Assembly (NCBI RefSeq): GCF_006345805.1
Contig: NC_042999.1
Span: 17,298,001 to 17,362,000, forward strand
Length of the DNA: 64,000 bases
Source of the DNA: Octopus sinensis
Lineage: Eukaryota
Reading direction: 5' to 3'
The position numbers and the translations under genes are program-made. Below are positions 50,766 to 64,000 of the stretch, in pieces; position 1 is the first letter of the stretch; every line of letters begins with the position of its first letter. The notes beneath the pieces are model-generated. The model was not told where the DNA came from and made no database searches. It saw nothing but the letters and a program-made list of their open reading frames with translations.

Positions 50766-51402
50766 ATGTGTGAGAGCGTGGTCATTTTTGCATGGATGTA
50801 TTCTATGTTCTTACCTCTCTCTACACCATATTGCATCTCCTCTCTAATAACGTTACTCGATATTAGGCCGAACTCTAAACTAAGCGATTGCAAAAGCGAA
50901 CAAACTCATCCACGAATCACATATATGCCACATGAAAAACATATTAATAACAATACATATTACTACCGGGATCGGTAAGTCAGACTGTGTGTCTCCCAAA
51001 ATTGTGTTATCAAGTGCCTATATCAGAAATCGATAGAACTATAAATATTGCTTTAATCCATTGCAACTGTGAATGATGACAAAATAACACAAGCGAGAGA
51101 CTTATAATCCAATACATTCTTAGGCAAGTATCTACTGTATGTGGACAGCTACAACTTATACCATTGTATTAAGTATTGGTTCATCGGTAGTTCAAGTCCA
51201 GCGCTTTGCATGTTTAAATACTGTCGACACGACTGCTAATAATTCGAATTATAACTTTGTCTATATTAATATGATTATACGGTTTGCTGACGCCATGAAA
51301 TATTGCACATCGAATATTTTTTTTTTATGGGAACATGCTTCGAAATGCCCCATGATTAGTGAACGTGAAGATAAATTTCAGTAATATCGCGTGTTCATAT
51401 AT

Positions 51403-51818
51403 ATTTCTTTACTACCCACAAGGGGCTAAACATAGAGGGGAAAAACAAGGACAGACAAACGGATTAAGTCGATTACATCGACCCCAGTGCTTAAATGGTA
51501 CTTAATTTATCGACCCCGAAAGGATGAAAGACAAAGTCGACCTCGGCGGAATTTGAACTCAGAACGTAACGGCAGACGAAATACCTATTTCTTTACTACC
51601 TACAAGGGGCTAAACACAAAGGGGACAAACAAGGACAGACACACGGATTAAGTCGATTACATCGACCTCAGTGCGTAACTGGTACTTAATTAATCGACTC
51701 CGAAAGGATGAAACGCAAAGTCGACCTCGGCGGAATTTGAACCCAGAACGTAACGGCAGAGGAAATATGGCTACGCATTTCGCCCGGCGTGCTAACGATT
51801 CTGCCAGCTCGCCGCCAT
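51403..51818 (-). mobile_element. SINE S1 tandem dimer
   Basis: Two bodies joined at gacgaaatac|ctatttctttac (~51585); head at 51818. Confidence 0.92.
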
Positions 51819-52232
51819 CGTGTCGCGTATTCATATATCTTAATATTTACCTACAGACACACATAAACACTGAATGCGATTAGAACGTATGCGTACTTGC
51901 ACGCAGAAACACGTGCACACGCACACAGACGCGCATATACACAGAGACAGACAGGCAGACAGAGAGACAGACACATACACAAGCACATTTTTATGTTTCA
52001 CGTTAAATTGCTTTTTTTTTCACTGATTGGATTTGACCACCCTGGGACCAACGTCTCGAAAGGGTTTGATGAACAAATAGACTTCAGTACATGTAGTTAT
52101 TCTAAGAGTCTCCTTGGAAGAGCCGCTAACTTACAGAGATGTCAACGAACCAAAAGGGATTTTCAAGTGAGAAACAAAAATTCGATAGCTCACACGCACA
52201 CCTATGTTTATATATATATATATATATATAAA

Positions 52233-52567
52233 AGGGTAAAGACCCCCTTCGGTCAGGCACTGACCATGGGTTTGCACCTAGAGAGATACCCTCTGAGGCA
52301 CAAGTCTGGGCAAGGTTGTTTTATGGAAGACCAGCAGTCGCCCATGCATACCGGCCTCCCCTCTCCACGTCACCGATGTTGTCCAAGGGAAAGGCAAGGG
52401 CCGATACAGCTTGGCACCTGTGACGTCGCAACTCATTTCTACAGCTGAGTGAACTGGAGCAACGTGAAAATAAAGTGCCTTGCTCAAGAACACAACACGC
52501 AGCCCCGTCCGGGATTCGAGCTCACAACCTCACGATCGTAAGCTCGACGCTCTAACCACTGAGCCAT
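52233..52567 (-). mobile_element. tRNA-derived SINE, S3-related head with different tail
   Basis: Minus strand tggctcagtggttagagcg A box, gagctcgaatccc B box, gtgttgtgttcttgagcaaggcac body; (TA)n flanks. Confidence 0.85.
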
Positions 52568-52579
52568 ATATATATATAT

Positions 52580-52795
52580 ATACCGGAGTAAACACATAAA
52601 TGTGAAACAAGGTGGAAAAAAGTACTCAAATACTAGTGGTAGAGTAATATGCTTTATTTAAAGCAGCAGAAAATTCAACAAAACATGTCACTCTGAGTTT
52701 CCTGTTTTCGTTCGTCGGACAGTTTTTGCTGATGAACGGCAACGGGAAACTCAGAGTAATAGGTTTTGTTGAATTTTCTGCTGCTTTAAATAAAG
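52580..52795. mobile_element. Family H2 repeat in inverted pair (arms 52652-52729 / 52729-52795), both hammerhead cores damaged
   Basis: ctttatttaaagcagcagaaaattcaacaaaac...ctctgagtttcc versus ggaaactcagag...gttttgttgaattttctgctgctttaaataaag; same family as 8480-8580. Confidence 0.8.
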
Positions 52796-52813
52796 TATAT
52801 ATATAATTATATA

Positions 52814-52893
<80 letters not shown>

Positions 52894-53597
52894 TTCGCCA
52901 TGATGGATCGCTAGCCACTACACATTCTTTATTTTCTCTCCTTGTTTCTTTCTGTGTTTTTTTCTGTGGAAGAGCGTAGGCACGAAACATTAAATACTTT
53001 TTCATTTCCCGATCGCTATACTAATACATCTGTTTGTTGTCTACACCACCTATCTTCGTCCTTTTTTTGGTGAATTCTCCCTAAACGTCTTACCACACGA
53101 ACACGGCTGGAGTGATCACGAATGCCATCTACGCCTGAGTTTCTGGCGGAAATGTGATTGTGTTTTCTTGATCAAAGTAAAGTTTGTTTTATGCTTGGGA
53201 AAGCAACAGGATTTGTATAAAACTACTGATGTAGTATGCTTAATCAGGTCGTAGGAGAAATATAACGGGTTGCACAAAAATGACGCATGTTAGTAGAAGC
53301 TGAGAAAAGAACGAAGATTATTAATATGGAACGTTGAAGGTGAGGGTATGGAAATCATTGACGTATGGAATGGAGAAAGTGCGTAAAAACGAAACTATAC
53401 CTGAAATAATACCGGGTATCATGAAGTGTGAACTCATACACAGCTGCTGCTCTCCAAATAAGAAACGGATAAAATCCATAAGTGGCTGGTTTGCATAGAA
53501 GATTTGCATACCAGACACACTCAGAATCTTCTCTATACCAAAAGCAAAACACCGCACAACATACGAACGCATACACAAAATCATATGTATATATATA

Positions 53598-53640
<43 letters not shown>

Positions 53641-53701
53641 CATATACATACATATAGATATATACAGATATATACATACATATAGATATAGAAAAATAGA
53701 T

Positions 53702-53744
<43 letters not shown>

Positions 53745-53812
53745 CGTATATGTATTTGAGTTTATATATATGCATATATATTTGTATATATGTATATATA
53801 GATATGTATTTC

Positions 53813-53862
<50 letters not shown>

Positions 53863-54896
53863 TATGTATATATGTATATATATTCATGTATTTATGTCTG
53901 TCTGTCTCTCTCTTTCTTTCTCTCCCTCTCTCTATATATATACTTGGCATATATACATAATTTCTTAGTGAGATGTATTATATATCACTATGCAAATCAA
54001 GTGAGTAGTAAAATCCTAATTTAAGAATTTCCACAATATAAACGACGGCTACTGGGAAGGTTGCCGCGAAACTGTTCGATTATTATGTCTACGCAAGGAC
54101 ATTATTTTCAAATATTTCAATTTCCTAATGCAATATAAATCTTCAACACGCAAAGGTTAAAGCAATTCACGGAATTGCAAACGAGAATGATGTAATCTAA
54201 ATACCACTATTTCTGTACCAATAAATTTCAAGTATACACATATATAAAACCAGAATAACAACTTACGTGCGTTCCTATTTTAGTTTTATGTTTCTTGTAA
54301 TCTATGCTCTTTTATTTTCCAACAATTCACGTTCTGTGAAATAAATAGATCTTAAACTATAATTATATATTACTTCATTAACGGTGGGCCCATTACTTTA
54401 ATTTTCCTTCATTAATGAAGACATATTTTAAATGCTTATAATGAGCCACAGTCTTTCAAAATTAATCATTGAACTGTTTCTGCGAAGTTTGAGTAAAATG
54501 GTTCATGAAACCCCGCAGTTGTCCATGAAACAATTTTCTCTGTCTCTTTGTCACTAAAGCCGGAAAGGCCCGAGCCTTTACAAATTCGTGCCAGTGTTAA
54601 CAGGGACGAATTATAAACAAGGAGAAACAAGCATACATTAATGTAAAATTTTGGTCAACGTTCGAACAAATTGGCCAATTTACTGCATAAGTTTGGTAAT
54701 TTATCTTATCGAACTCAAACATAAGAAAAGTATTATTTTCCGTTGTTCGAACAGAACACAGATCAAAAAACATCGGAGCGATCGATGAATGGAATTCTCT
54801 GTGATGATTGAACAGTTCTTCCAAATGCGTAGCATGAATCTAGTATTCGATTGCAGTATTTTTGTTTTCTGTTGATCATTGCTATTTTAAATTCAT

Positions 54897-55080
54897 GTGG
54901 TGCTGGATGTTGAGACAGTCATAAAAGAACTCGAGTAGGAACAAACTTACAAATACCTCGGAATAAATTAGGGTTGTGGCATTCAGAATGCAAGTACGAA
55001 AGAGACGATCAGGAAAGAGTGTTTACAGGAGAGTTCGAACAGTCCTAGAATCCGAGTAAATGCACGCTACCAGGTGCTTC
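54897..55080 (+). mobile_element. R4/Dong-like LINE internal fragment
   Basis: LDVETVIKELE*EQTYKYLGIN*G...KETIRKEC matches the RT thumb region of the 60-62 kb element. Confidence 0.85.
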
Positions 55081-55142
55081 ATATCAATATAATTCTGTCT
55101 GTAGCTTTTAGAACACAAACGCTTTAACTCGATATATCTTTT

Positions 55143-55507
55143 CTCTATATATATAGACGGCAAAATGTCTGTGTGTGTGTGTGTCCTTTATACAAATCCA
55201 CAATTGCTCAGTTAGAGGGATTGCACTTTCTATGCTCAGTCAAAACCGTCTAAGGATGGTCGTGCACATCATTAAATTTCCTCAGTCACCCCGCAAAGCC
55301 ATTAAAAAATCAATAAAAGTGACTTTTTTGTGAATTTTCTATCCAAAAACCCAATCAAAATGCCCGAAACTTGATACGCCAATTGAATGCCAGCTAGTTG
55401 TGATTGGTAGAAAATTTGGACAGTACTCGCGTGTATGTCCGCACGCACGTAGCTGTATAAGCATGCACTAGCACTATGACCCGGCGTTGCCGGGTCATAG
55501 TGCTAGT
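55143..55507 (+). mobile_element. Non-autonomous Helitron-like element
   Basis: 5' TC(TA)n start, internal (TG)n, 3' perfect hairpin ACTAGCACTATGACCCGGC-GTT-GCCGGGTCATAGTGCTAGT (55467-55507) ending CTAG|T. Confidence 0.65.
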
Positions 55508-55654
55508 TTAAATATAATTAATTTTACTTAGGAAGTATATGACCTTGAGAGAAAAATGTCTATGAAATGTAAATTTCTTTGAAAGAAATTCATCTTTGTG
55601 CTTCTCGCCACAAGTGCGAAATCAACATTCTCTCTTTTTCTCTTTTCTCTTTTA

Positions 55655-56048
55655 CTTGTTTCAGTCATTTGACTGCGGCCATGCTGGAGCACCGCCTTTA
55701 GTCGAGCAAATCGACCCCGGGACTTATTCTTTGTAAGCCCAGTACTTATTCTATCGATCTCTTTTTGCCGAACCCCTAAGTGACGGGGCCGTAAACACAC
55801 CAGCATCGGTCGTCAAGCAATGCTAGGGGGACAAACACAGACACACAAACATACATACACACACATATATATATATACATATATACGACAGGCTTCTTTC
55901 AGTTTCCGTCTACCAAATCCACTTACAAGGCATTGGTCGGCCCGGGGCTATAGCAGAAGACACTTGCCCAAGATGCCACGCAGTGGGACTGAACCCGGAA
56001 CCATGAGGTTGGTTAGCAAGCTACTTGCCACACAGCTACTCCCATGCC
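55655..56048 (-). mobile_element. SINE S2, best-preserved copy (tRNA head, CORE-like segment, internal microsatellite, CR1-like tail)
   Basis: A box tagctgtgtgg, B box ggttcagtccc, cttgggcaagtgtctt (CORE-like), tail ggcggtgctccagcatggccgcag. May correspond to a described octopus family (OK/OR1/OR2); not verifiable here. Confidence 0.9.
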
Positions 56049-56563
56049 ATAATCCTTAAAACTTCTTTGTTGATTTAAGCAATATAATGTAACGTACAGA
56101 GATACTAAGTCAACGCAGAAATGCAGGATTAATATGCATTGTAATTGGAAACTAAATACACAATTTCATTTATATGCGTTCATCATCAGCTAAATAAATA
56201 TTTTGTGGCAGGATTTGTGAATGCAAAGATACAGAATAATGTAAGGAATATGTGGGTTGTATTAACTTGTTCATGTAAATTATAAGAGATAAATAATGTA
56301 GGAATAGCAGGTGCACTGATAATTAGAAGTTACCAAATTATAAATAAAGAGCGAATCTATTTTACAAATTGGGATGCGTATGTTCCAATGTTTCTAGTAA
56401 ATTTATGAATTTCTAACAATTGGATGGGTTACATTAATAACTAATTCCTTCATATAAATATACATATATGCGCGTGTGTTCCTGTATGAGTGTGCGTGTA
56501 TATATATATACATACATACATACATACATACATACATACATACAGACATATATATATATATAT

Positions 56564-56596
<33 letters not shown>

Positions 56597-56884
56597 GTGC
56601 ATACTTATATATATGGATACCAACACGTACACACGCGTACGCACACATATTAATGTGTGCGTGTGCACATATGTGTATGTATGTATGTGAGTAGACACAT
56701 ACAGATTAAGACAAATATTACAATATAACATATTGGGTGCATTTTCAATTAATAATTGAATGACGATAGAGCAGAATATTAAAAAATGTATAATAATATA
56801 TGAACACATTCAATTAGTAATTCAATTAGCAAATTCAAAAACTATCTATATTCATTTCTGCTCTAGGAACAAGGTCCGACTTTT

Positions 56885-57222
56885 TATTGGCGGAGCCAGT
56901 CGATTGAGTAGACAACAGTTCGAAACTGGTACATATTTTCTCGACCCCGGAAGGATGAAAGGCAAAGTCGACCTCGGCGGAATTTCAACTCAGAATGTAA
57001 AGACAGATGGAATACCTATTTCTTTACTACACATAAGGGGCTGAACATAGAGGGGATAAACAAGGACAGACAAACGCGTTTAAGTCGATTACATCGACCC
57101 CCAGATCGTAACTGGTACTTAATTTATCGACCCCAAAAGGATGTCAAGCAAATTCGACCTCGGCGGAATTTCAACTCAGAACGTTTCGCTCGGACTGCTA
57201 ACGTTTCTTCTAAATTGCCGCC
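56885..57222 (-). mobile_element. SINE S1 tandem dimer, diverged
   Basis: Two bodies with junction gaatac|ctatttctttac at ~57010. Confidence 0.85.
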
Positions 57223-57599
57223 TCAAAACATTCAGTATGTTGTAATATCTATGAATGTTCTCTAATAAATTTTAATTCTATGAATTTTTCCGACAAGGAA
57301 GGAACGGGTTTCTAATAAAGATACATATTATCTTTAATGCTATGTAGATGACAAGAACTATGTCTCATATTGAACGTTAGAAAAGTCTTGTATATATTTA
57401 CTGTTCTGCTTACATCTTGTATTTATAATATGCTTATTATCTGCTTTACGAAGTTGTCACCTAAACATTTGTTCATATGGCCGAGGGTATGAATAACTGG
57501 TGGTATATAAATGCGAATGTAAACTCTGGGTGTATAAATTGAAGGTTTCTAATTAATTTTTAGTACTTATCCCCTTTCTCTTTGATTTTCGAAGAAGTA

Positions 57600-59400
57600 T
57601 CAACATTAGGAGCGCAGCTGACCTTATACCGGAACATTTTTCCCGTCGATGCCCAAATATTTATCCAAGGAATGCATCCAAACAAACACACCAGATTGTT
57701 CATTTACATGTGATAGGGAAAGAGGGGAAGACAGAGAGAAAATGGGAAAAAATAGAAAAGTAACCAAATATAATAAAGGGGTTATGTTTCCGGTCTATAT
57801 CAGTTTGATTGCTACGGGCCACATATTCGCCATGCAGAGTTTTTTGTTCCCACTTAGCAAAGGGTTCTCAACCGCATTTTGCTTTCCTATTGATTTCACC
57901 TTCTTTGCAACAACAGTTGCTGGCCTCCCATCATGCTGTTCAACTTAGGTACTATGCATAAACTCGCTTGAAAACTTTTTTGATCTCTTTAATAAAAAAT
58001 GAAGCTTCTTCTTACATCTTTCATGATTTTCAACGAGCTTTAGCATCCAGTCGTTAGATTCTTCAATAATATCTGCCAATCCATTTGTGGTAGTGTTGTA
58101 AGAGATTCCAGATTGGATCAATCGTCGACCTGCTTGAGCTCTGGGTAGGTAAAGACGATCTGCATCTGCCTTTGAGTGGTGCATCTTATTGCAAGTCAGC
58201 AGCTTACAGATTTTCCTGTCAACCTTCCTTATTTCGCTCAAATTCCAGTTCAACACTTTGAAACTGTAACTAACAACCGGAACTGCTAAGGAATGTTTAG
58301 CTAACACCTGGTTACGAGCATTTACTCGGATTCTAGGACAGTTCGAACTCTCCTGTAACACTCCTTCCTGATCTTCTCTTTCATACTTGCATGCTGAATG
58401 CCAGAACCCTCATTAATTCCGAGGTATTTGTAAGTTTGTTCCTGCTCGAATTCTTTTATGACTGTGTCAAAATCCTACACCACTGAATGTGTGGTCTTTA
58501 ATTTTCTTTTCTGGAAAGTGGCCTTGTCACATTTATCAAGACCAAATTCCCTCCCAGTATCATCACCGAATGCTTTCACAGTATGTAGTAGTCCTTCAAA
58601 CTAATTATCTTCTTTGCCATAGAGTTTTAAGTGATCCATATAAAATGGATTACTCATTTCCTTGTTGAGTTCACTTGCAAGGGGTATTAGAGCTATGCAG
58701 AAAATTATAGGTGAAAGTTAGTTACCTTGGAAAATGCTATTGTTGATATTAATATTTTTTGTAGACAACTCTCTATTAGAGTGCTATAATTGGAGATTCG
58801 TATTCCACATTGACATGTGCTTGCGGAAGCTTGAAATCATACGAGAAATTTTGAAGATATCCAGCGATTTCAAGATCTATGAATGTGGTATGCTGTGGAA
58901 GCATTTTTGTAGTCAATCCATGCAGAACTGAAATTTATGCGTTTGTTGTGACAATTCTCAAGGATCATGCAATTGATAAGAGATGATCTTTGCCTCGTCG
59001 GTACCCCATTTTGTTCAGTGGGGAAAATAACGTTCCCTTCCATAAAATGGAAGTTAAAATTCTATACGTGGTAGATAGACAAGTTTCGGGACGATAGTTT
59101 TGGGGAAATTTTGTTTTATTATTTTTCTGGAGTAGTTAACCAATCCGGTGTCTTCGTAGAATCTCTCATAATTTCATTGAACTTAGTATTCATGTGCGCA
59201 GGGAACCGAGACGTGCCAGAAATGTGGCACCTTACCATTACCGGGGGATTTCTACTTATGAGCCTCCATGAGTGTCATCTTAGGTCTTCTATTTTCATGT
59301 CTTCTCATGCTTGTTCTGTTAAGTTTTGGTAGGATCCATCTGTTCGTCTAATCCATTGTGAGTCTTTTAGTCACTCCAGATATTTTCCAGGAGTTTCAAA
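57600..59400 (-). mobile_element. Decayed R4/Dong-like LINE
   Basis: FQGN*LSPIIFCIALIPL, FYMDHLKL, CNKMHHSKADADRLYLPRAQAGR; paralogous to 60-62 kb; internal deletions; short (TAA)-like tract at its 5' flank. Confidence 0.88.
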
Positions 59401-59834
59401 TTATTATTGTTATTATTATTTACTTTTAATCTGCATGTTTTTTATAATCTCTTCCCGAGACACACAAAAAGTTCTAGAGCGGGTGACGGATAAGAGATGT
59501 TAAAGTACGACTGAAAGCTTGGTAAGGGGAAGTAGCAAGGGTAGTATTGAAATATATTCATGCAATATAACACAAACTTTTAAATTGATAGTGTTTTTCT
59601 GAGGATATAGGCAGTAATGGTCAGCACAATACTTTTCTCTAAAACATGGTACTCCAGGGATATTATATAGATGTTTCACACATACATGTCTTATCATACC
59701 GTGGGCACTCACAATATCAGGAATATTTTTCGCTTTAAAATACATCTTTTGTATTGCAATTTCAAGGACCTTATATATACTTAATTTGCCAAATTCTTTT
59801 ACACATATTTTTTTTCACTGGTAACTCTTATATC

Positions 59835-59879
<45 letters not shown>

Positions 59880-62790
59880 GTTTTTTCCTTCTTTCTTCAA
59901 ATTTTCTTCCATTTCTTGCCGAGTGTTTTCCATGCACCTAGGGCAGAGAAGCTCATTGTATGCATTCCCAGATTACGCGCGCAAATTCACTGATAAAATA
60001 TGTATTTAAAAATTAATAGATAAATAAATTCATGGATGGATGTTATTTTCACAGCGATAGTGCTCTTCTTAGTACATGAGCCGCTCCAGTTAATACGATT
60101 TTTTGCACTTCTTGTTGGGATGGTAAGCCTGGAATCATTTTCAAATAGGTTTCAGTACCTTTTTTTATCATTCCTAGAGATCCTACAATCACTGGTACTG
60201 TAGTCGCCTTGAGATGCCACATTTTTTCAATTTCTATTAGCAGGTCTTTATATTTACTAATCTTGTCAAATTCTTTCGCCGCTATATTGTGATCACGGAA
60301 TACTCATGTCAATTAATAAACACATCATTTTTGTCTGATCTTTTATAATGATATCCGGTTTATTAGCTTTTATAGTCTTGTCGGTCTGAACGGGGAGGTC
60401 CCATAGAACGACACATTTTCTCCCTCAGTCACAGCTTCAGGATGATGTTTATACCATTTGTCAGCGGTTTTGATTTTATAATGCCGACATATTGTCCAAT
60501 GTAAATACTGGCCGACTCTGTCATGTCTTGCTTTATATTCTGCAGGTGCTAAGACTCTACCCTCTGAGATTAGGTAGTCTGTTTTTTCAATCTCATCGTT
60601 ACAGATCGGCATTTTGGGTCAGCTCCATTTTTCATCACATTGGCTTGGTAGTTCCGGGTTAATAAACTTTGGTCTTGAGCAGCTAATATGAAACCTTCAC
60701 TCTCTGCTTTTAGCCCTGAGCTTCGTAACCATTGGTGCATGTGTTTCTGGTCGACATCAGCTTGTTTGCTACGGGCCACATACTTGCCATGGAAAGGTTT
60801 CTGTTCCCATCTGCTAGCTAAATTTTCATGTGCTTTTGTCTTTGCAATTAATTTTATTTTCTTTGCAGCTGCAGTTGGCGCATTTCCTTCAGCCTGCTCA
60901 ATCTGGTGGGTATCTAAGAGATCAGCGGCGAAGTTTTTTCTCTCTTTGAGAATAAAGTGAAGTTTTTTAGGTCTTTCATGTTTTTCAACAAGTTTTAGCA
61001 TCCAATCGTTGGTTGCATCAAGGTATTTGGCCAGTCCAGTTGTGGTGGTTTTGTATGTAAGTTCAAGCTGGATCAAACCTCGACCTCCCTGAGCTCTGGG
61101 AAGGTAAAGGCGATCCACGTCTGCCTTTGGATGGTGCATCTTATTACAAGTCAGTAGCTTGCGGATTTTTCTGTTAATTTTCATTATTTCACTGGTATTC
61201 CAGTTAATCACATTGAAGCTATAAACAACTGGTTCTGCTAAAGAATTTATGCCTAAAACCTTATTATATGCATTCAGCTCAGACTTCAGGCTTGCTCGAA
61301 CTCTTCTATAACATTCTTTCCTCACCTTCTCTTTCATGCTTGCATGCTGGATACCAGAGCCTTCATTTATTCCTAGGTATTTATAGGTCTGTTCCTGCTC
61401 AAGTTCCTTTATTACTATTTCGACATCTAATTCGATTGAACTAGACTTTACCAATTTCCCTTTCTTAAAAGTCGCTTTGGCACACTTCTCCAGGCCAAAC
61501 TCTATCCCGATATCGTCACTGAATCCTTTCACAGTATGTAATAATCCTTCAAGCTCTTCATCATCTTTGCCATATAGCTTTAAGTCATCCATATAAAATA
61601 GATGGCTTATTTTCCTGTTGTTAATTTTGTAGCCATATCCTGTTCTATTCAGTTCACTTGAGAGTGGTATTAGTGCTATGCAGAAAGTTAGTGGTGAAAG
61701 TGAGTCTCCTTGGAAAATTTCACAGTTTATGCTAATGTTTTTTGAGTGCAATACTCCATTAGAATTATATAATTAGAGCTTCGTGTTCCATAGAGACATA
61801 TTATACTTTTAAAAATCTGAAATCACAGGAGAATTTTTGAAAATGTCCAGTGATTTTAGAATCCACGGATATGGTATTCTGTCAAAGGCTTTTTTATAAT
61901 CAATCCATGAAGAGCTAAGATTTCTGCGCTTGTTATGGCAGTTCTCAAGGATCATGCGATTAATTAGGAGCTGATTTTGCATCCGTATGTGCCTCGTCTA
62001 CATCCTTTTTGTTCAGTAGGAAAGAGGTTATTCTCTTCCATAAACGTATATGTTTTCTCTACTAGAATAGATGTCAAAATCTTATAGGTAGTAGATCAAC
62101 ATGTTATAGGCCGATAGTTTTTTGGGTCTTTCGTTTTGTTATTTTTGGGGAGGAGGTAAGTAATACCATTTGCCATCCAATGTGGTGTTTTTTCCGTGTC
62201 TTTCATAATACTATTAAATAGTATTACTAGCATTTTGTGTGCGGACGAGAGTGATGAGAGCCAGAAATTTGGTACTCTATCAATACCAGGGGGTTTCCAT
62301 TTGTGAGCCTTCGTTAGTGCTCTCCTTAGGTCGGCGATTGAGATGTCTTCCCATACATGTTCTTGTAGATTTTTGTAGTCACCTTGGGTGCGTTTGATCT
62401 ACTCTGCATTTTCATTGTATGGTTTCTCATCACTCCAGATCCCCTTCCAAAAGTTTTCAACTTCTTCCATTAGGGGTGGATTTTCAATGGTTATTTTTTC
62501 TTTCCCTATTTCCCTGTAAAATGATTTGGCATTGGATTTGAACGTTTTATTTTGTTTGTAGAATTTGATTCTTTTCTCAAATCTGCGTATTCTCTGAGAT
62601 TTTGCTTGGACTTTTTGTTTAAGCGTTTCCTTCGCTGACATTAGTTCTTCTCTTGTTGAGTGACCAAATATTCTCACAATCTTCCTGCCTTTTCTTGATC
62701 TTACATCATTTCAAGAGATTAGCTCAGTTAATATCGATAACTCCCTTCACAATAATTGAATTTCAGTTTCAATTCTACTCCTCCAGGTTG
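59880..62790 (-). mobile_element. R4/Dong-like non-LTR retrotransposon (RT, decayed zinc knuckle, restriction-like endonuclease), 5'-truncated, inserted in (TAA)n
   Basis: FQGDSLSP and YMDDLKLY in ORF 60570-61751; EYKARHDRV; NKPDII...LIDMSIP...K..KY RLE motif; stop at ~60049; (TAA)n at 59836-59878 and 62791-62865. Confidence 0.95.
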
Positions 62791-62808
62791 ATTTTATTAT
62801 TATTATTA

Positions 62809-62866
<58 letters not shown>

Positions 62867-63176
62867 TATCTGGCTTGTGCATTTACGGAATTTATTGAAT
62901 TAGGAATAATTATTTTTAACTGGGTGGGATGCATTTATGTAACATTTTCCTCGACCAGGGAAATTTGCATTCACACATGCAGACATATATGAAATTATAT
63001 ATTGTTGCTATATATTATATTCAATGATATAAATTACGTGATTGGCTAGTTATGGTGAAGAATAATATTTTGATTGCACTTTTGTATATTTAATATTATG
63101 CATAATACTGTTGGTAGCGAAATGCTGGCGAATTCCAGATCCTATTTGTGTGATGTGAAGGCATGTTAACGTTCTG

Positions 63177-63225
<49 letters not shown>

Positions 63226-64000
63226 CGCATGTAATTGGCTGTTTAATTTTGATGGAAAAAATGAAAGAAAATGATTATTTATTTTTGATATCAATATTTC
63301 CTTTTAACAACCCTTAAAAAATGATATACAAGAGGTTTTCGTCAATCTACATAAGACTCTAAAGTTACCTTCAGAATAGTTTTCGGGAAATGCTTGTAAA
63401 ATGATTACACAAGTAACCTATACGAAGTTATATGGAAATTCCCCCGTGTTTCAGTTAAATACTTCATTGTGGTGCAAGCACTTGGTTTGCTTCCGGGGCT
63501 TAAATATTGCAGGGGATAGAATCTTGTCTAGATTAAGCTAAGCTGAAGCAGATGGGAAAGTTTGGAATTCATATGAAACATGTTAAGAGCTTGCACATTT
63601 AATATTATTTTTCCTTCGCAATATAATATTCTTAAACTTTCTAGTCATTGGTAACAATGCACAGTGCTATTTCCTACTCTTTTTAAACCACGAGCATAGC
63701 ATAAATTGCGACAAATAAATTAAACTAAATTCAACGTTCTACGAATTTAGACATATTTTATGAAGAGAAAATAGTTTAGTTTAAAAAGCATACTTGATTA
63801 ATTTTTCTGGAACGTTAATTAGTGAGAAACGTTTTACAGTTATCCACAGTTATTAATTGAATTTCATTACTTAAACAGATTGGGCGATTTTAAAAGTGTA
63901 GTTCAATAGTATAGGTTGTTAAATTCTGAAGACCAAACGTGGTTTGACGCTTGCGTTAAATTTTCTCTGACAAATTTTGAAAATCTGATTATGCAGGTGG

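Noticed and set aside
59500-59745. Cys-containing 81-aa ORF between the two Dong-like elements
   Set aside because: No recognisable motif spacing or supporting context.

Overview
AT-rich eukaryotic DNA, almost certainly an octopod cephalopod (inferred from the SINE/LINE repertoire and the extreme (TA)n/(CA)n/(TAA)n content). No intact host protein-coding gene, rRNA, true tRNA or CRISPR array is supportable; most ORF-track entries are microsatellite artefacts. Contents: (1) 1-10.6 kb, what appear to be three heavily decayed, intron-poor class B (Methuselah-like/adhesion-type) GPCR genes in alternating orientation; (2) 21.3-22.9 kb, a 582-bp unit arranged as about two direct copies plus one inverted copy, each with a type I hammerhead ribozyme fold (Penelope-like pseudo-LTR/retrozyme architecture), plus other hammerhead-like repeat families at 8.5, 49.9 and 52.7 kb; (3) 28-40 kb, a nest of CR1-group LINEs, one with a 1.1-kb tandem 5' array and an ORF1 combining a Myb/SANT-like trihelix domain with a CCCH zinc finger; (4) R4/Dong-like RLE LINEs in (TAA)n tracts (57.6-62.8 kb and fragments), an RTE 3' fragment, many tRNA-derived SINEs, MITE/foldback elements and a non-autonomous Helitron-like element. 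A 100-N gap at 33341-33440 with duplicated flanks and frequent single-base indels suggest a noisy assembly, so some frameshifts may be artefacts. All alignments and translations were done by eye; coordinates of degenerate elements are approximate.
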